Shown here: one piece after another, positions 1 through 10,547 of the stretch | Numbering within the stretch: position 1 is the first letter of the stretch | Layout of the letters: each line of letters opens with the position of its first letter | DNA from: a virus | Virus record (IMG/VR): IMGVR_UViG_3300022744_000011 | Length of the DNA stretch: 43,447 bases | Direction: 5' to 3' (one strand) | Notes under the pieces: model-generated | Database searches by the model: none | Told to the model about the DNA's origin: nothing | Seen by the model: only the letters and a program-made list of their open reading frames with translations | Position numbers and translations under genes: made by a program

Positions 1-127
1 GCCGTCGATGATGAGTGAGTTCCCAACTGTACCATCTAGCGACCTTGTGTGTGGCGCACCGTTCACCTCGTATATCGAGATGACCAACCCGTTCATGCGT
101 GATGGCAAGGGTAACGTGGTGGTGACT
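1..127. repeat. exact 127-nt copy of window end (43321..43447); circular closure overlap
   Basis: Base-for-base identity of 1-127 with 43321-43447 read directly; lies inside a coding frame. Confidence 0.95.
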
Positions 128-421
128 GGCTATTTGACATGCACTCGTGTGACGATTGCCTATGTTGATACAGCACGTCTTGAAGCTACAACGACCACTG
201 AGTTCAGTGAAGATGTGGCCCTGAGTTTTAACGCCCGTATTCTCGGTGACATTACCAACGTGGTGGGCAAACAAGCTGTACACAAGGGTGCTGTGCCCGT
301 GTTCGTAGGACGTGAAGTTCGCTCGTACACTTTAAAGATCGCTTCTAAGGAGTGGTACCCAATGACGCTGACAAGCCTTGAATGGACTGGTCAGTATTTC
401 TACAACGCTAAGCGAGTATAA
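1..421 (+). CDS. tail tubular protein B, C-terminal part (continues 41204..43447 across the circular junction)
   Basis: ORF 8..421 is in the same frame as the open frame leaving the window end (8+43320=43328, same phase as 41204); stop TAA 419-421. Confidence 0.8.
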   Translation, partial: PSMMSEFPTVPSSDLVCGAPFTSYIEMTNPFMRDGKGNVVVTGYLTCTRVTIAYVDTARLEATTTTEFSEDVALSFNARILGDITNVVGKQAVHKGAVPVFVGREVRSYTLKIASKEWYPMTLTSLEWTGQYFYNAKRV

Positions 422-430
422 GGAGGTAGT

Positions 431-1207
431 ATGGCAGGAAGTCCTAACCTGTTTATGAGCTTGTACAATGGCACGCAATCACGCTCCATTCGTCGCTCAC
501 AAAACCAAGTATGGAAAGCCGAAGCTGACGCATCTAACCTTATTCGTGAGGCGCAGAATGAGTCAAAGGCGGCACAGACCGGGCTTGCATATTTCATGCA
601 GACCGAGAACAACAAGCGGCGGCTTGCCGCTGGTGCGAAGAATCTTGAAGCGGGCGTAACTAATTTGCAACGCATGCAAGAAGCATTCACCACTGGCAAC
701 CTCGAAGCACAGCTTGCTGCTGCTGAGGCTGGAGGCGCGTATGCTGCCCACGTTGCGATGACAGGCACAGGTGGTAATGCGGTTGACATGATTGATCGTA
801 CCATGCAGCTCAAGAACGCACGCGCTGCACAAGCGCGGCGCAAGGCACAAGGCCAAGCAACGTATGACACGCTAGGTCAGATCAGTGGCATCATGCCTCA
901 AACGGTAGCAGGGCTTGACCTTAGCTACGTGAGCGCGGGCATTGACTACAGCCAGTCTATTGCTAAGGAGAACCTTATCAGTGACAACATGTGGTCTGAT
1001 GTAATCTCTGCTGGTGAGAACGCTATGGCGCTCATCACAGGGCAAGCACCACAGCCCGGTGCAGCTAACGGTGGCGTGCAGAACACGACAGGTGGAATTA
1101 ACGCTGCACCCTCGCCGTATGATTCAAGCAATCCATATAGCCTCAGCAGCGGCTCACCTGATTCGTATAGTTTCAAAGCGAGCCCTAGCAAGTATTCACT
1201 TTATTAA
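431..1207 (+). CDS. internal virion protein A (ejection/core protein)
   Basis: AAGGAGG RBS 8 nt upstream; first of three genes following tail tubular B as in phiKMV/T7 gene order; Ala/Gln-rich coiled-coil-like sequence. Confidence 0.6.
   Translation: MAGSPNLFMSLYNGTQSRSIRRSQNQVWKAEADASNLIREAQNESKAAQTGLAYFMQTENNKRRLAAGAKNLEAGVTNLQRMQEAFTTGNLEAQLAAAEAGGAYAAHVAMTGTGGNAVDMIDRTMQLKNARAAQARRKAQGQATYDTLGQISGIMPQTVAGLDLSYVSAGIDYSQSIAKENLISDNMWSDVISAGENAMALITGQAPQPGAANGGVQNTTGGINAAPSPYDSSNPYSLSSGSPDSYSFKASPSKYSLY
1132..1144 (+). promoter_or_regulatory. candidate phage-RNAP promoter core (TCCATATAGCCTC)
   Basis: Copy of recurrent + strand motif TCCATATA(A/G)CGCA, about 70 nt before the end of the gene and upstream of 1217. 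Confidence 0.35.
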
Positions 1208-1216
1208 GGAGTCCCT

Positions 1217-3541
1217 ATGGTATGGGCTGGTTATTCTGAAAAAGGACAAGGTGGAGAGGAGCGTGGGCCTAGTACGTTCACGTTCGTTCCACCTGATGCA
1301 GTCCGAACAAGCCCCGGTGTAGCGGGCCAAGCAGTGCCTGTACAGATGGGTATGTCTGGTAGTGTCGCACCGGGCCTGACAACACAGGCACCGGGCATCG
1401 ACGCTGCTGGTGCTGATCGTACATTGCAGATGCTCACCAAAGTTGGTGAAGACATTATGGCACCGCACATGAAGAAGATGCGCGAGAAGCAGTACCTCAC
1501 TGGTATGCAGAAGGCAGCTTCTGGTGAGGCAATGTCCGACATTGTGAACACGCAACCGTGGTACACAAAGATTTATGGCGATGGGCCACTCGTTGAAGGT
1601 GCACGCGCTTACACTGTAGAGACTACCGCTGGTAGCTGGGCAGCTAAGCAAGAGCAGGAGATGGAGAAGCTCCGCACGCACAAGCCTGAGGCAATCCCCG
1701 GAATGCTGGCTGAGTCAATGAAGTCGCTGTCAACTGGCGATGCTGATACTGATGCTGCATTGCAGGCGCGTGTCATGTCATTCGCTCCACAGCTCATCAA
1801 GCGTCAAACGAAAGAGCACTACAAGTGGCAGCAGGAGACGGTAAGCCGTCAACGTGTCGATGCTATCGTTACGCAGGGCTCACTGCTCAACCTTGCACAG
1901 ACAACAACTCCCGGAATTTATACGCCGGAAGAAATCCAGCAGCGCAAGGATGCGTTGTTGGCAGTGAGCACACCGACAATGGGCGCTGACCCAGAGTCAT
2001 GGGAGAAAGACCTTGCCACGTCCATGGGGCTGATGGCAGAGAAGGGCAACTTCCATGGCGTTGCTGCTTTCCGTGAAGCTGGTGTGCTATCTCGCATGAA
2101 CCCAGAGAAGCGCCTCGCTGTCGAAGGTTTGGTGAATCGTTACGAAACTCATCATGCGGCTGAGGCTGCTATCGAGTACAGTGACCGCATCTCGCAAATC
2201 AAAGAGGACGCACAGAACGGTGTCATCTCTGCAAAGACAGTGCACAAGCGCTACGATGAGCTGAACGCTGAGTACCGTGCGAAGTCTGGTAACTCTGCAC
2301 CGCTCATGCGCAAGGGTGATTACGTTGCTGATGAACGCGCTGCTATGTCAGCCGTTGTTCGTTCACAGCGTGCTGCTGCAAGTAATGCTGCAAGCATGGC
2401 CGACACGCAGAATGCAGGTATCGCTATCTTGGGTGAAGTGCACAAGGGTGGAGCGATGGCGATTCAAGAGATGGGTGGTAAAGAAGCTGCGCTGTTGAAG
2501 AACGTCTTTCACGAGCAGTGGAAATCGCTTGCACTCACAAGCCCTGACGTTGCAAACCGTATGCTCACAATTAACGCACCTGCTGGGTACCGTAACGACT
2601 ACGTGTTCAACACAGTGCAGTCGTTGGTCAATAGCGTGGGTGATGCGGCTAATGCAAACCTAATCAAAGCGTATGACATTTGGAAGCGCATGGAAGATAC
2701 TCCCGGTGGTGCTGCTGCACAAGCACGCTACTTCGGTGAATCAGACAAGCGCATGGCTGAGTTCCATCGTGGGCTTGGTGGTCGTCAAATCTTTGACAAT
2801 GAGGGTAAGTTGATTCCTGATGGTTTGTCGCTGGCTGAACAAGCATGGCAGGCAACTAACAAGGGACGCAACAAAGTTGCCTCAGTGAACAAGGATGAGA
2901 AGGCTGAGATTGCCAAGTACGTCGAGAAGAAAGGGCCAAGCATGTTTGCTGGCTGGTTCGTCGGAGGGCGCGGTGGCGGCTTTACAGATTCCAGCTTGGC
3001 TGTGATTAAGAACGCCGTTCAACAGCGCTACGCTGAGGACAAGGACGTGCTATCTGGTGAGCAGTTGCTCAACAAGTCGTTCGAGAAAGCAAAGGCAGCA
3101 GGCCTTGAGATTGTCGGTGGACACGCATGGCACAATGGCCGTGACCAGAAACCACTCACCTCCTACTTTGCCAATGAGCGTGGTGATGCGTACATGGATC
3201 AAGGACAGATTTCAGATGCGATGACTACGCTGATGAAAGAGCTGGCCGAACGCGCTGGTGCATCCCCACAGAAGTACACGCTGCTGCGCGGCCATGACCG
3301 TGATGGTCAGGCGCAGTTCACCTACTACCCTATTGCCGAAGACGGTAGTGAGAAACCCATTGTGTTTAGCTCACGCGATATTCGTCAAGTACACGAACGC
3401 GCAATTCCTAAAGCTGGCCCTGCCGCTTATCCTGCATTCCGTGCAGGCGCTGCTCCAGCACGCCCCGTAGACCAGATGCCTAGCATCTACGCTACAGAGG
3501 CTGAATGGGCTGCGTATCGTAAACAACAGAAAGTGAAATAA
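1217..3541 (+). CDS. internal virion protein B
   Basis: AAGGAG RBS 1206-1211; 774 aa; position between internal virion A and the giant core protein; no lytic transglycosylase motif recognised. Confidence 0.6.
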   Translation: MVWAGYSEKGQGGEERGPSTFTFVPPDAVRTSPGVAGQAVPVQMGMSGSVAPGLTTQAPGIDAAGADRTLQMLTKVGEDIMAPHMKKMREKQYLTGMQKAASGEAMSDIVNTQPWYTKIYGDGPLVEGARAYTVETTAGSWAAKQEQEMEKLRTHKPEAIPGMLAESMKSLSTGDADTDAALQARVMSFAPQLIKRQTKEHYKWQQETVSRQRVDAIVTQGSLLNLAQTTTPGIYTPEEIQQRKDALLAVSTPTMGADPESWEKDLATSMGLMAEKGNFHGVAAFREAGVLSRMNPEKRLAVEGLVNRYETHHAAEAAIEYSDRISQIKEDAQNGVISAKTVHKRYDELNAEYRAKSGNSAPLMRKGDYVADERAAMSAVVRSQRAAASNAASMADTQNAGIAILGEVHKGGAMAIQEMGGKEAALLKNVFHEQWKSLALTSPDVANRMLTINAPAGYRNDYVFNTVQSLVNSVGDAANANLIKAYDIWKRMEDTPGGAAAQARYFGESDKRMAEFHRGLGGRQIFDNEGKLIPDGLSLAEQAWQATNKGRNKVASVNKDEKAEIAKYVEKKGPSMFAGWFVGGRGGGFTDSSLAVIKNAVQQRYAEDKDVLSGEQLLNKSFEKAKAAGLEIVGGHAWHNGRDQKPLTSYFANERGDAYMDQGQISDAMTTLMKELAERAGASPQKYTLLRGHDRDGQAQFTYYPIAEDGSEKPIVFSSRDIRQVHERAIPKAGPAAYPAFRAGAAPARPVDQMPSIYATEAEWAAYRKQQKVK

Positions 3542-3542
3542 C

Positions 3543-6500
3543 ATGGATGATTTAGTGGGCGCAAGCCCTAACGACAGCGTGACAGGTGGAACTCCCACTA
3601 TTCAGTCCACACCAGTCGGCGGCCCAGCGGCTGCTTCTATCTACGACACAGTTGGTGGCACTCGCCCGAAGAAGGGCAAGAAGCCTTTGCGCACTGCACC
3701 AACTACAAGTGATAAGTACGCGACTGGTGACGTTACTGACAATGCCATTATCGGTGCAGGCACTGAGCTTGTACAACGAGCAAACGAGGCAACGCAACTC
3801 CGCAAGGAGGAGCAGAGCTTCGGCTTGCCGTGGCAGACTGACACAACATTCGGTGCAACCTACCGTCAGACAATGGCACCAACGGTTGCACTGCTGGAGC
3901 GTAACTTCTCCAAAGATTTCAAAGCTGACCCAGCATGGATCGACGAGCGTAACCGCAAGTGGCCTGAGTATATGGGTGGCTTTAGTCAGCACGAGCAAGA
4001 GTCCCTGATGGATGCTGAGAGCCAAGCTGACTACGACCATCGCGTAGAGCGCATTCGCACAGAGCGCACAGACAACGCGACACTCTCTAATGCAAGCATG
4101 GGTGGCCGCTTGACGGCAGGTCTGGCAGCGGGCTTGCTCGACCCTACCAACTACATTGCAGGCTACGGTGCAGCAAAGATGGTTGGGGCGGCAGGCTACG
4201 GCGCTGCACGCTTTGCACTGCAAGCACGCCCCGGCCTCGCTGTCGTCTCTAACATTGGTGAGAACGTGCTTGGCAACGTAGCGTATGAAGCTGCCCTTGA
4301 CCTTGCTGGTGAGCATCGCTCAGTCGCTGACTACGGTATCGCCATTGCACAGGGCGCAGCGCTCTCTGCTGTGACTGGGCCATTCGTCTACAAGCAAGCA
4401 CAAGCTGCGTTTGCAGCTAACGTGCACAAGCAAGTGTTTGCTGCTAACATGAATCTTGCTGAGCGTGCTCAGAAGAACGTGGGTGTGGATGCGCCTGTTG
4501 AGGTTCAACGCAAAGAGATGAAGCGCCTTGAAGCTGAGGACATGCAAAAGATTCGTACCACTCACATGAGTACGGCTGCTGAGATTGACCGCCTGCCCGC
4601 GCATAACATTGATGAAGCTCCCATCGTTGAGGATGACTTCACCATTGACAGTGTACGTCAACAGAACAAGGACGGTAGTGCACTCGCTGACATGAAGGGC
4701 TACAGCGGCAAGAGCTTTGCTGGAATTGATCCAACGATTGATGATACCTTCTTGAAGGGTATCACACCCGGTACGCATCTTGCACCAAGTATCGCTGCTG
4801 ATCCATTCTTCCAAGCCCTGCATAAAAGCACACTACCTATTGTGCGCGACATGCTGCCGGGACGCAAGGTCATCATTGCAGGTGTTGATGGTAATGATGC
4901 ACTCAATGGTCAGATGGCAACCAATAAGAGCACGGACGTTATCACCATCCAAGTGAACAAACGCTTGGGTGATGCTGCTCCTACCACGTTGGTGCATGAG
5001 CTGGGCCATGCTATTAAGGTTGCTCACTTCAAGAATGCGTCACCTGAGATTCAGGCTGGCGTGCTCAAGATGTTTGAGGACTTCTCCACGCTCGCTAACA
5101 CAAAGGGCAAGGCTGGCTCGGCGCTCTCCATGCGCAGCCCTATTGCACGTCAAGAGAAACTCGCGTTCACTGACGGCAACGTGTCCTTGCGTGAGGGCAT
5201 GCTCAAGCGCAACATGGGTGACACATCGTATGTGGATGACTACTGGTTGGGCTTTGAGGAGATTACGGCTGAGCAGTTTGCTAAGTACGCTGAGGCTGGC
5301 GCATTGGGTGTTGGCAAAGGCAAAGATGTTAATTGGTCACAACAGATCGTTGACAGTGCTAAGGCGCTCTACAAGCGCTTGCTTGAGTTGTTTACACGCG
5401 CTGCTGACCGTGGCCTACTTGGTGCTGATCCACGCTTTGAAGATTTCTTTGAGAGCGTGCGTGCTAAGGTTGCTGCTGGTGAAGGTCGTCCCGGTGTTGC
5501 TCGTGATACAGGCGAGATCGGTACACTGCAACATGACATTAGCCAGAAGTATGGCCTTGACTTGATGCCACAGGGTACACCCCGCGAACGTGCAGAGTAC
5601 AAAGCCGTGCGCGACATTTACATCAAGGCTGAACAGTGGAATGCTGAGAACCCTACTGATGTTGAAGCGTTAAAGAACCTCATCGGTAACAATGACACAT
5701 TCAACGTGGCGTTGCCTGCTACACTACTTGCATCGAGTGATAACCCAGTTGCACGCATGATTGCTGGCACACTGCTGGAGAACGCAACAGGTGCAAGTGG
5801 TCGTCGCCGCACTGCCGCGATTGCGAAGGACTTGCACGAGCGTAGCTTCATTGGTAACGCTCTGCTTGAGTACGACAATATGTATGCTGCTTGGCGACAA
5901 GAGCATGGTGGTGGCGCATTGAAAGACCACTTCGATCCTGAGATGCGCAACCGCTTCAATCGTGAGGTAGCAATGGAGCAGGACGCTCGCCTACGTGACG
6001 AGGAGACAACTTCTCATGCACTGGTTAAGCAGGCTGCTGACTCATTGGAGCGCTCGTATGAACGCATGCGCCTCGCACAGGTTAATGCGAAGACGGTGGG
6101 TTGGGCACGCTTGCCTGAGACTTCACGTGGCTACATGCCACACGTGCTTGCTGCTGAGCGTTTGCAAACTCTGACACTTGATGAGCAGCGCATGTTCACT
6201 GAGGTGTTGAGCAACCAGTTCCAAGATATTGAAGGATTCAGCACTGAGTTCTCACAGGAACTTGCACGCTCCTACATTGGGCACGCTCGTATCAACGCTC
6301 GCGGTGGTCACGAGATTCCTGCCAACGTGCACAACCCCGCTGCTGCGGATATGGTGCGCGGTGCGCTTGAGGCTATGGGCATGAACAAGGAAGAAGTAGC
6401 CGCTGCCATGGGGCGCTACGCTGCTGGTGGTGCAAGTCACACTAAGAAGCGCTTGCACTTGAACTTGACACAAGAGTTCACCAAGGCTGATGGTAGCAAG

Positions 6501-7910
6501 ACCACGCTGATGGAGCTGTTCAACACTGACCAGTTGTCATTGCTGCGTAACTACGCACGCCGTGTGTCTGGTGAAGTGGCCTTGTCACAGAATGGTGTGA
6601 TGGGCGCACAGGGCTTGACGTTGCTTCGCAGTGCTTTGATGCACGGCGGTGGAGCACAGGCAGATAACCGCGCTATGGAAGCGTTCGATCAAACTGCTGC
6701 TGAGTTCTTAGGCCGTCCGTTTGGTTCAGCCAAGAGCAAAGCACTTGATCGTTTGCTGACCGCCACATCCATGACCCGCCTCGGTGGCATGGGCTGGCCG
6801 CAGCTTGGTGAATCGCTTAATGGTGTGTGGGCTGTGGGTGTGAAGAACACCCTAGAGTCTATTGCTGACATGCCACGTCTCCGCGCTGAGGTGAGTGCAA
6901 TGGCGCGTGGGGAGAAAGTCAATGGCTTGCTCTCCAGCATGGAGCAGTGGGGCGGTGGTGGTGAGTGGGGCATGGATGGGTACAAGATGGTTACGGCCTA
7001 CGATAACCCTGAGAACGTGCACGCAAGTTACGGCCACAGCTCAGTGACATGGTTTGACCGTGCGCTGCGTACTGGCTCACACATGGTGGGCTCCCTCAGC
7101 ATGCACCGCATGATCCAAGCTACGCAAGTGCGCGGCATGGCAGAGCAGATCACGAGCAAGGCATTGAAGTATATCCGTGATGGTGGCAACGACAAGGCGC
7201 TCGCTGACATGGGCTTCACTCAATCACTGGTTGAGAAGTTCCGCAGTGACCTTGACACCATGGTGAAGTGGGACGCTAACGGAAACGTGGCACAGTTCGA
7301 CATTACCAAGGCTACACATGGTGACGCTGCTGATGAGTTCATCACTGCTGTGCGCCGTGGTACACACCAGATCATCCAAGGTTCATTCATTGGTGAGGTG
7401 GGTAAGTGGACACACAGTGACATGGGCCGCTTGTTGACCCAGTTCCGCAACTTCCCTCTCGTCGCATTGGAGAAGCAGTGGGGCCGCAATAAACTCAACC
7501 ATGGGGTAGCGGGTGCCCTCGGCATTTTAGCGGGCTCTATGGCCTTTGTGGCCCCGATCTACATGGCTCGCATTGCTATGCAAGCGGTGGGCCGTCCTGA
7601 TCGTGAGGCATACTTGGACAAGATGCTTGACCCAATGCAGATCGCACGCGCTTCGCTGAACTACGTGGGCTCATCCGGCTTTGCTGGTGAACTCATTGAC
7701 CTGCTTGGCCCAGTGCTTGACTTTGAGCAGACAGGTGGCCGTCAAGGTGCAGCTAAGGGATTGGTTGGCAAGTTCATTCCTGCCGCTGGTTACTTAGACG
7801 ACATTTACAAGACAGCACAAGACCCTGATGCGCACAAGATTGCGAAGCTGCTGCCCGGTGCGAACACGCCAATGTTAATGATTGGTGTCAACGCTTTGAA
7901 AGAAGACTAA
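3543..7910 (+). CDS. internal virion protein C (giant core/ejection protein) with HEXXH motif
   Basis: 1455 aa, largest gene, position equivalent to T7 gp16 / phiKMV gp37; HELGH at nt 4995-5009; hydrophobic Gly/Ala-rich segments. Confidence 0.7.
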   Translation: MDDLVGASPNDSVTGGTPTIQSTPVGGPAAASIYDTVGGTRPKKGKKPLRTAPTTSDKYATGDVTDNAIIGAGTELVQRANEATQLRKEEQSFGLPWQTDTTFGATYRQTMAPTVALLERNFSKDFKADPAWIDERNRKWPEYMGGFSQHEQESLMDAESQADYDHRVERIRTERTDNATLSNASMGGRLTAGLAAGLLDPTNYIAGYGAAKMVGAAGYGAARFALQARPGLAVVSNIGENVLGNVAYEAALDLAGEHRSVADYGIAIAQGAALSAVTGPFVYKQAQAAFAANVHKQVFAANMNLAERAQKNVGVDAPVEVQRKEMKRLEAEDMQKIRTTHMSTAAEIDRLPAHNIDEAPIVEDDFTIDSVRQQNKDGSALADMKGYSGKSFAGIDPTIDDTFLKGITPGTHLAPSIAADPFFQALHKSTLPIVRDMLPGRKVIIAGVDGNDALNGQMATNKSTDVITIQVNKRLGDAAPTTLVHELGHAIKVAHFKNASPEIQAGVLKMFEDFSTLANTKGKAGSALSMRSPIARQEKLAFTDGNVSLREGMLKRNMGDTSYVDDYWLGFEEITAEQFAKYAEAGALGVGKGKDVNWSQQIVDSAKALYKRLLELFTRAADRGLLGADPRFEDFFESVRAKVAAGEGRPGVARDTGEIGTLQHDISQKYGLDLMPQGTPRERAEYKAVRDIYIKAEQWNAENPTDVEALKNLIGNNDTFNVALPATLLASSDNPVARMIAGTLLENATGASGRRRTAAIAKDLHERSFIGNALLEYDNMYAAWRQEHGGGALKDHFDPEMRNRFNREVAMEQDARLRDEETTSHALVKQAADSLERSYERMRLAQVNAKTVGWARLPETSRGYMPHVLAAERLQTLTLDEQRMFTEVLSNQFQDIEGFSTEFSQELARSYIGHARINARGGHEIPANVHNPAAADMVRGALEAMGMNKEEVAAAMGRYAAGGASHTKKRLHLNLTQEFTKADGSKTTLMELFNTDQLSLLRNYARRVSGEVALSQNGVMGAQGLTLLRSALMHGGGAQADNRAMEAFDQTAAEFLGRPFGSAKSKALDRLLTATSMTRLGGMGWPQLGESLNGVWAVGVKNTLESIADMPRLRAEVSAMARGEKVNGLLSSMEQWGGGGEWGMDGYKMVTAYDNPENVHASYGHSSVTWFDRALRTGSHMVGSLSMHRMIQATQVRGMAEQITSKALKYIRDGGNDKALADMGFTQSLVEKFRSDLDTMVKWDANGNVAQFDITKATHGDAADEFITAVRRGTHQIIQGSFIGEVGKWTHSDMGRLLTQFRNFPLVALEKQWGRNKLNHGVAGALGILAGSMAFVAPIYMARIAMQAVGRPDREAYLDKMLDPMQIARASLNYVGSSGFAGELIDLLGPVLDFEQTGGRQGAAKGLVGKFIPAAGYLDDIYKTAQDPDAHKIAKLLPGANTPMLMIGVNALKED

Positions 7911-7934
7911 TGGTAACGGGACTACGGCCCCGCA

Positions 7935-7947
7935 TCCATATAACGCA
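7935..7947 (+). promoter_or_regulatory. candidate phage-RNAP promoter core (TCCATATAACGCA)
   Basis: Intergenic copy of the recurrent motif, 19 nt upstream of the fiber-adaptor start codon region. Confidence 0.45.
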
Positions 7948-7965
7948 ATAATTTTTGGAGAACGT

Positions 7966-8880
7966 ATGACTACGCTATACGCGACATATCGGGTTCCCGG
8001 TGATGGTACGAACACGCAGTTCGAGTTCAGCTTCTCTGGTGGCTACATGGATAAGACCCATGTTAAGGCGTATCTTGAAGACGCTGAGACACTAGCACGG
8101 GTTGACCTTGAAATTCTGCCTTCGATGTTCGTAGGAGATTTCACAATCGACATTGGTGTTCCTGTGCCTGTAGGCAAGAACATCGTGATCTACCGAGACA
8201 CACCTAAGGGTGGGCCTCTGGTTGACTTCACAACAGGTAGCCGATTAACTGAGGCTAACTTGGACAAGGTAGCACAGCAGGCTGTGTTTATTGGCGCTGA
8301 GACTGCTGACGCATCTAATGCTGATGTGGTTAAGCAACTCACTACCTCAATCACAATCACGCTTGACGCAGCTAATAACGCGATTACCCAAGCACAAGCT
8401 GCTAAGGGTGCATCCGAAGCTGCCGCTGTTGCGTCTGCTGCTTCTGCTGCTGAGGCCGAAGCAACTGCTACAACTGCGATTGCTACACTCACCACTATTG
8501 GTGATGAGAAGATTGCTACAATTAACTCAGATGGTAGTGCAATCTTAAGTGAACTAGCAGCAGACAGTGCCGCTATCACTTCGACCATGCAAGACTTGTT
8601 GGCGCAGACAACTGCTAAACTGCTTGCTGCCGGACTGCCATCCAGTCTTGTAGGGGCTGCGCTGAAATTCTTGCAAGTCAAAGCTGATGCGTCAGGTTAT
8701 GAATTTGTGGAATCTGCGGCTAAGCCTACATTCTATGGTTTCAAACTTTCAGCAGACGGCACTGAGTTAATCTTGGAAAGTGGGCGAGATAACTATACAG
8801 CCTCCAATTACTTGGCATCAACACTTAGTGAGAACATCACGTTCTCGATCATTAACAATTCTTTGGTGGTGACATTGTGA
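7966..8880 (+). CDS. tail fiber N-terminal adaptor protein (T7 gp17 N-terminal domain type)
   Basis: GGAG RBS; N-terminus YRVPGDGTNTQFEFSFSGGYMDKTHVKAYLED... matches the pattern of the T7-type fiber tail-attachment domain; Ala-rich coiled coil follows; only 304 aa, so no receptor-binding domain of its own. Confidence 0.7.
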   Translation: MTTLYATYRVPGDGTNTQFEFSFSGGYMDKTHVKAYLEDAETLARVDLEILPSMFVGDFTIDIGVPVPVGKNIVIYRDTPKGGPLVDFTTGSRLTEANLDKVAQQAVFIGAETADASNADVVKQLTTSITITLDAANNAITQAQAAKGASEAAAVASAASAAEAEATATTAIATLTTIGDEKIATINSDGSAILSELAADSAAITSTMQDLLAQTTAKLLAAGLPSSLVGAALKFLQVKADASGYEFVESAAKPTFYGFKLSADGTELILESGRDNYTASNYLASTLSENITFSIINNSLVVTL

Positions 8881-10538
8881 ACGTACAGTTAAATATTGAC
8901 GACCTTGGCTATCGTTGGCGCGGTATCTACTCTACTAACCTCGCGTATAAAGAACGTGACGTGGTTTTTAAAGATGGTGGAGCCTTTGTAATCCAAGGTG
9001 GCTCACCACAACCATTTGCTCTTGGACAACAAGACGCACTTTTAGGGGGTAAACTCCTAACAGGTGGCGTGGCTGTTGGTGGTAGCTGGGGCATGGTACT
9101 CCATAGTAATGGCGATGGTGGTGTTGAGTTCCGCTTTATGAACGAGCGTAATGGCACTATCGCTACTAAACTAATCAACACAGATATTGGTGGTGAGTAT
9201 ACAGGGCACCGTTTTGGCATGGGTGCCATTATGAATGAAGGCGCTGTACGCATGTGGGGCGCACAAGATAACGGACAGGGAGGCTCAGGTAGCCAAGCTA
9301 TCAACCGCATTATGCCTGCACAAGTTGCATTTCCTCCCGGCACCCCACCTATCACAGATATGCAGTCAGGTTATGACTGTACATTCTTTATTGATGCAAG
9401 TGGTGGCTTATGGCATACAGGTGCAAACACAAATGGTTGCTCTGGTAGTAATGCAGAACGAGCGACACCTTACAAATTAAATGGTACTGGTGATATTCCA
9501 GCATCTGCTAAGATTGTGAAGATGGTGTTTGGTTTGGGCTACTACGACTATCGCACAGCGGCTTGTATTGATTCAACTGGTAAGGTGTACGCATGGAGTG
9601 CAACTAACCGCTACTCCACACTTGGGTATGCAGGCACATCAACTGTACCCAAACTTGTGCCGTTCACTGCAACAACACCAATCAAGGATATGTATTTGTC
9701 TGGTGGGTATTATCCAGCAACCTACTTCCTCGATACTGCTGGCCGCATGTGGACATGTGGACAGGCCTATTTGTCTGGGCTCAATCTTGACGATCAGCTC
9801 CCACGCTTATTTATGCCATGGGGTGAAAGTAATACTGTTAAGTGCATCCGTGCAAATGAAACAGTAAACTCTGCTATTCCTGCTGACTACTACCGCCGTG
9901 TGGCTGTGGTACTAGATAACGGCGACCTCTATATGTGGGGTGATGATAGCGGCACAGTGAACGGAAGTTGGGGAACTGGAACAGCTATCGGTACAGACAT
10001 TGGCCCAACCAATGCACTATTCCCATATAAATGCTTAACTGGTGTCGCTGACTGTTACACGTTTGCTGGTGGTTACTCACGTAGTATTGTCTTGATGAAA
10101 GATGGCACAGTTAAACACTCAGGCTACAATGGTTATGGTATTGGTGGTGGTGCTGACCATACAACATGGACAACCATTGGTGGTACGTATTTAACCAATG
10201 TCACCAAGCTCCGCTGTAAAGGTGGCAGCTACGGTACATCTTGTGCGGCGTTACGCTCTGATGGCAAGATGGTTATTTGGGGCGTCAACGATGCAGGACA
10301 GTCAGGCCGTGCAGACATTACAGATGGTAGTTCCCTTCCACACACAGGCTTCGTGCTACTAGAGAAGACGATTGCAGACTTTGCTGTGACTGGGCAGGGT
10401 AGCACTACACCAAGTAACATTGCCTACCACATGCTCACAACAGATGGGCGCGTCTATACTACAGGCGCACCTAATGGATGGGCTAACCAAGATCGACAAG
10501 GTAACTACCGCGCCGTTCCTAATCAAATCATTTTCTAA
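8877..10538 (+). CDS. receptor-binding tail protein 1, degenerate RCC1-like beta-propeller
   Basis: GTG start overlapping upstream stop (GTGA); about 7-8 repeats of the W/G-x-N-x-x-G-x-x-G type (MWGAQDNGQGGSG, KHSGYNGYGIGGG, IWGVNDAGQSGRAD); N-terminal W-x-G-x-Y...DVV motif shared with the next gene. Confidence 0.65.
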   Translation: MNVQLNIDDLGYRWRGIYSTNLAYKERDVVFKDGGAFVIQGGSPQPFALGQQDALLGGKLLTGGVAVGGSWGMVLHSNGDGGVEFRFMNERNGTIATKLINTDIGGEYTGHRFGMGAIMNEGAVRMWGAQDNGQGGSGSQAINRIMPAQVAFPPGTPPITDMQSGYDCTFFIDASGGLWHTGANTNGCSGSNAERATPYKLNGTGDIPASAKIVKMVFGLGYYDYRTAACIDSTGKVYAWSATNRYSTLGYAGTSTVPKLVPFTATTPIKDMYLSGGYYPATYFLDTAGRMWTCGQAYLSGLNLDDQLPRLFMPWGESNTVKCIRANETVNSAIPADYYRRVAVVLDNGDLYMWGDDSGTVNGSWGTGTAIGTDIGPTNALFPYKCLTGVADCYTFAGGYSRSIVLMKDGTVKHSGYNGYGIGGGADHTTWTTIGGTYLTNVTKLRCKGGSYGTSCAALRSDGKMVIWGVNDAGQSGRADITDGSSLPHTGFVLLEKTIADFAVTGQGSTTPSNIAYHMLTTDGRVYTTGAPNGWANQDRQGNYRAVPNQIIF

Positions 10539-10547
10539 GGACTCATA

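Noticed and set aside
1-127. The 127-nt terminal duplication as the biological direct terminal repeat.
   Set aside because: It lies in-frame inside the tail tubular B gene. DTRs of T7-group phages are non-coding and lie between the last late gene and the early promoters. It is more simply an assembly closure overlap.
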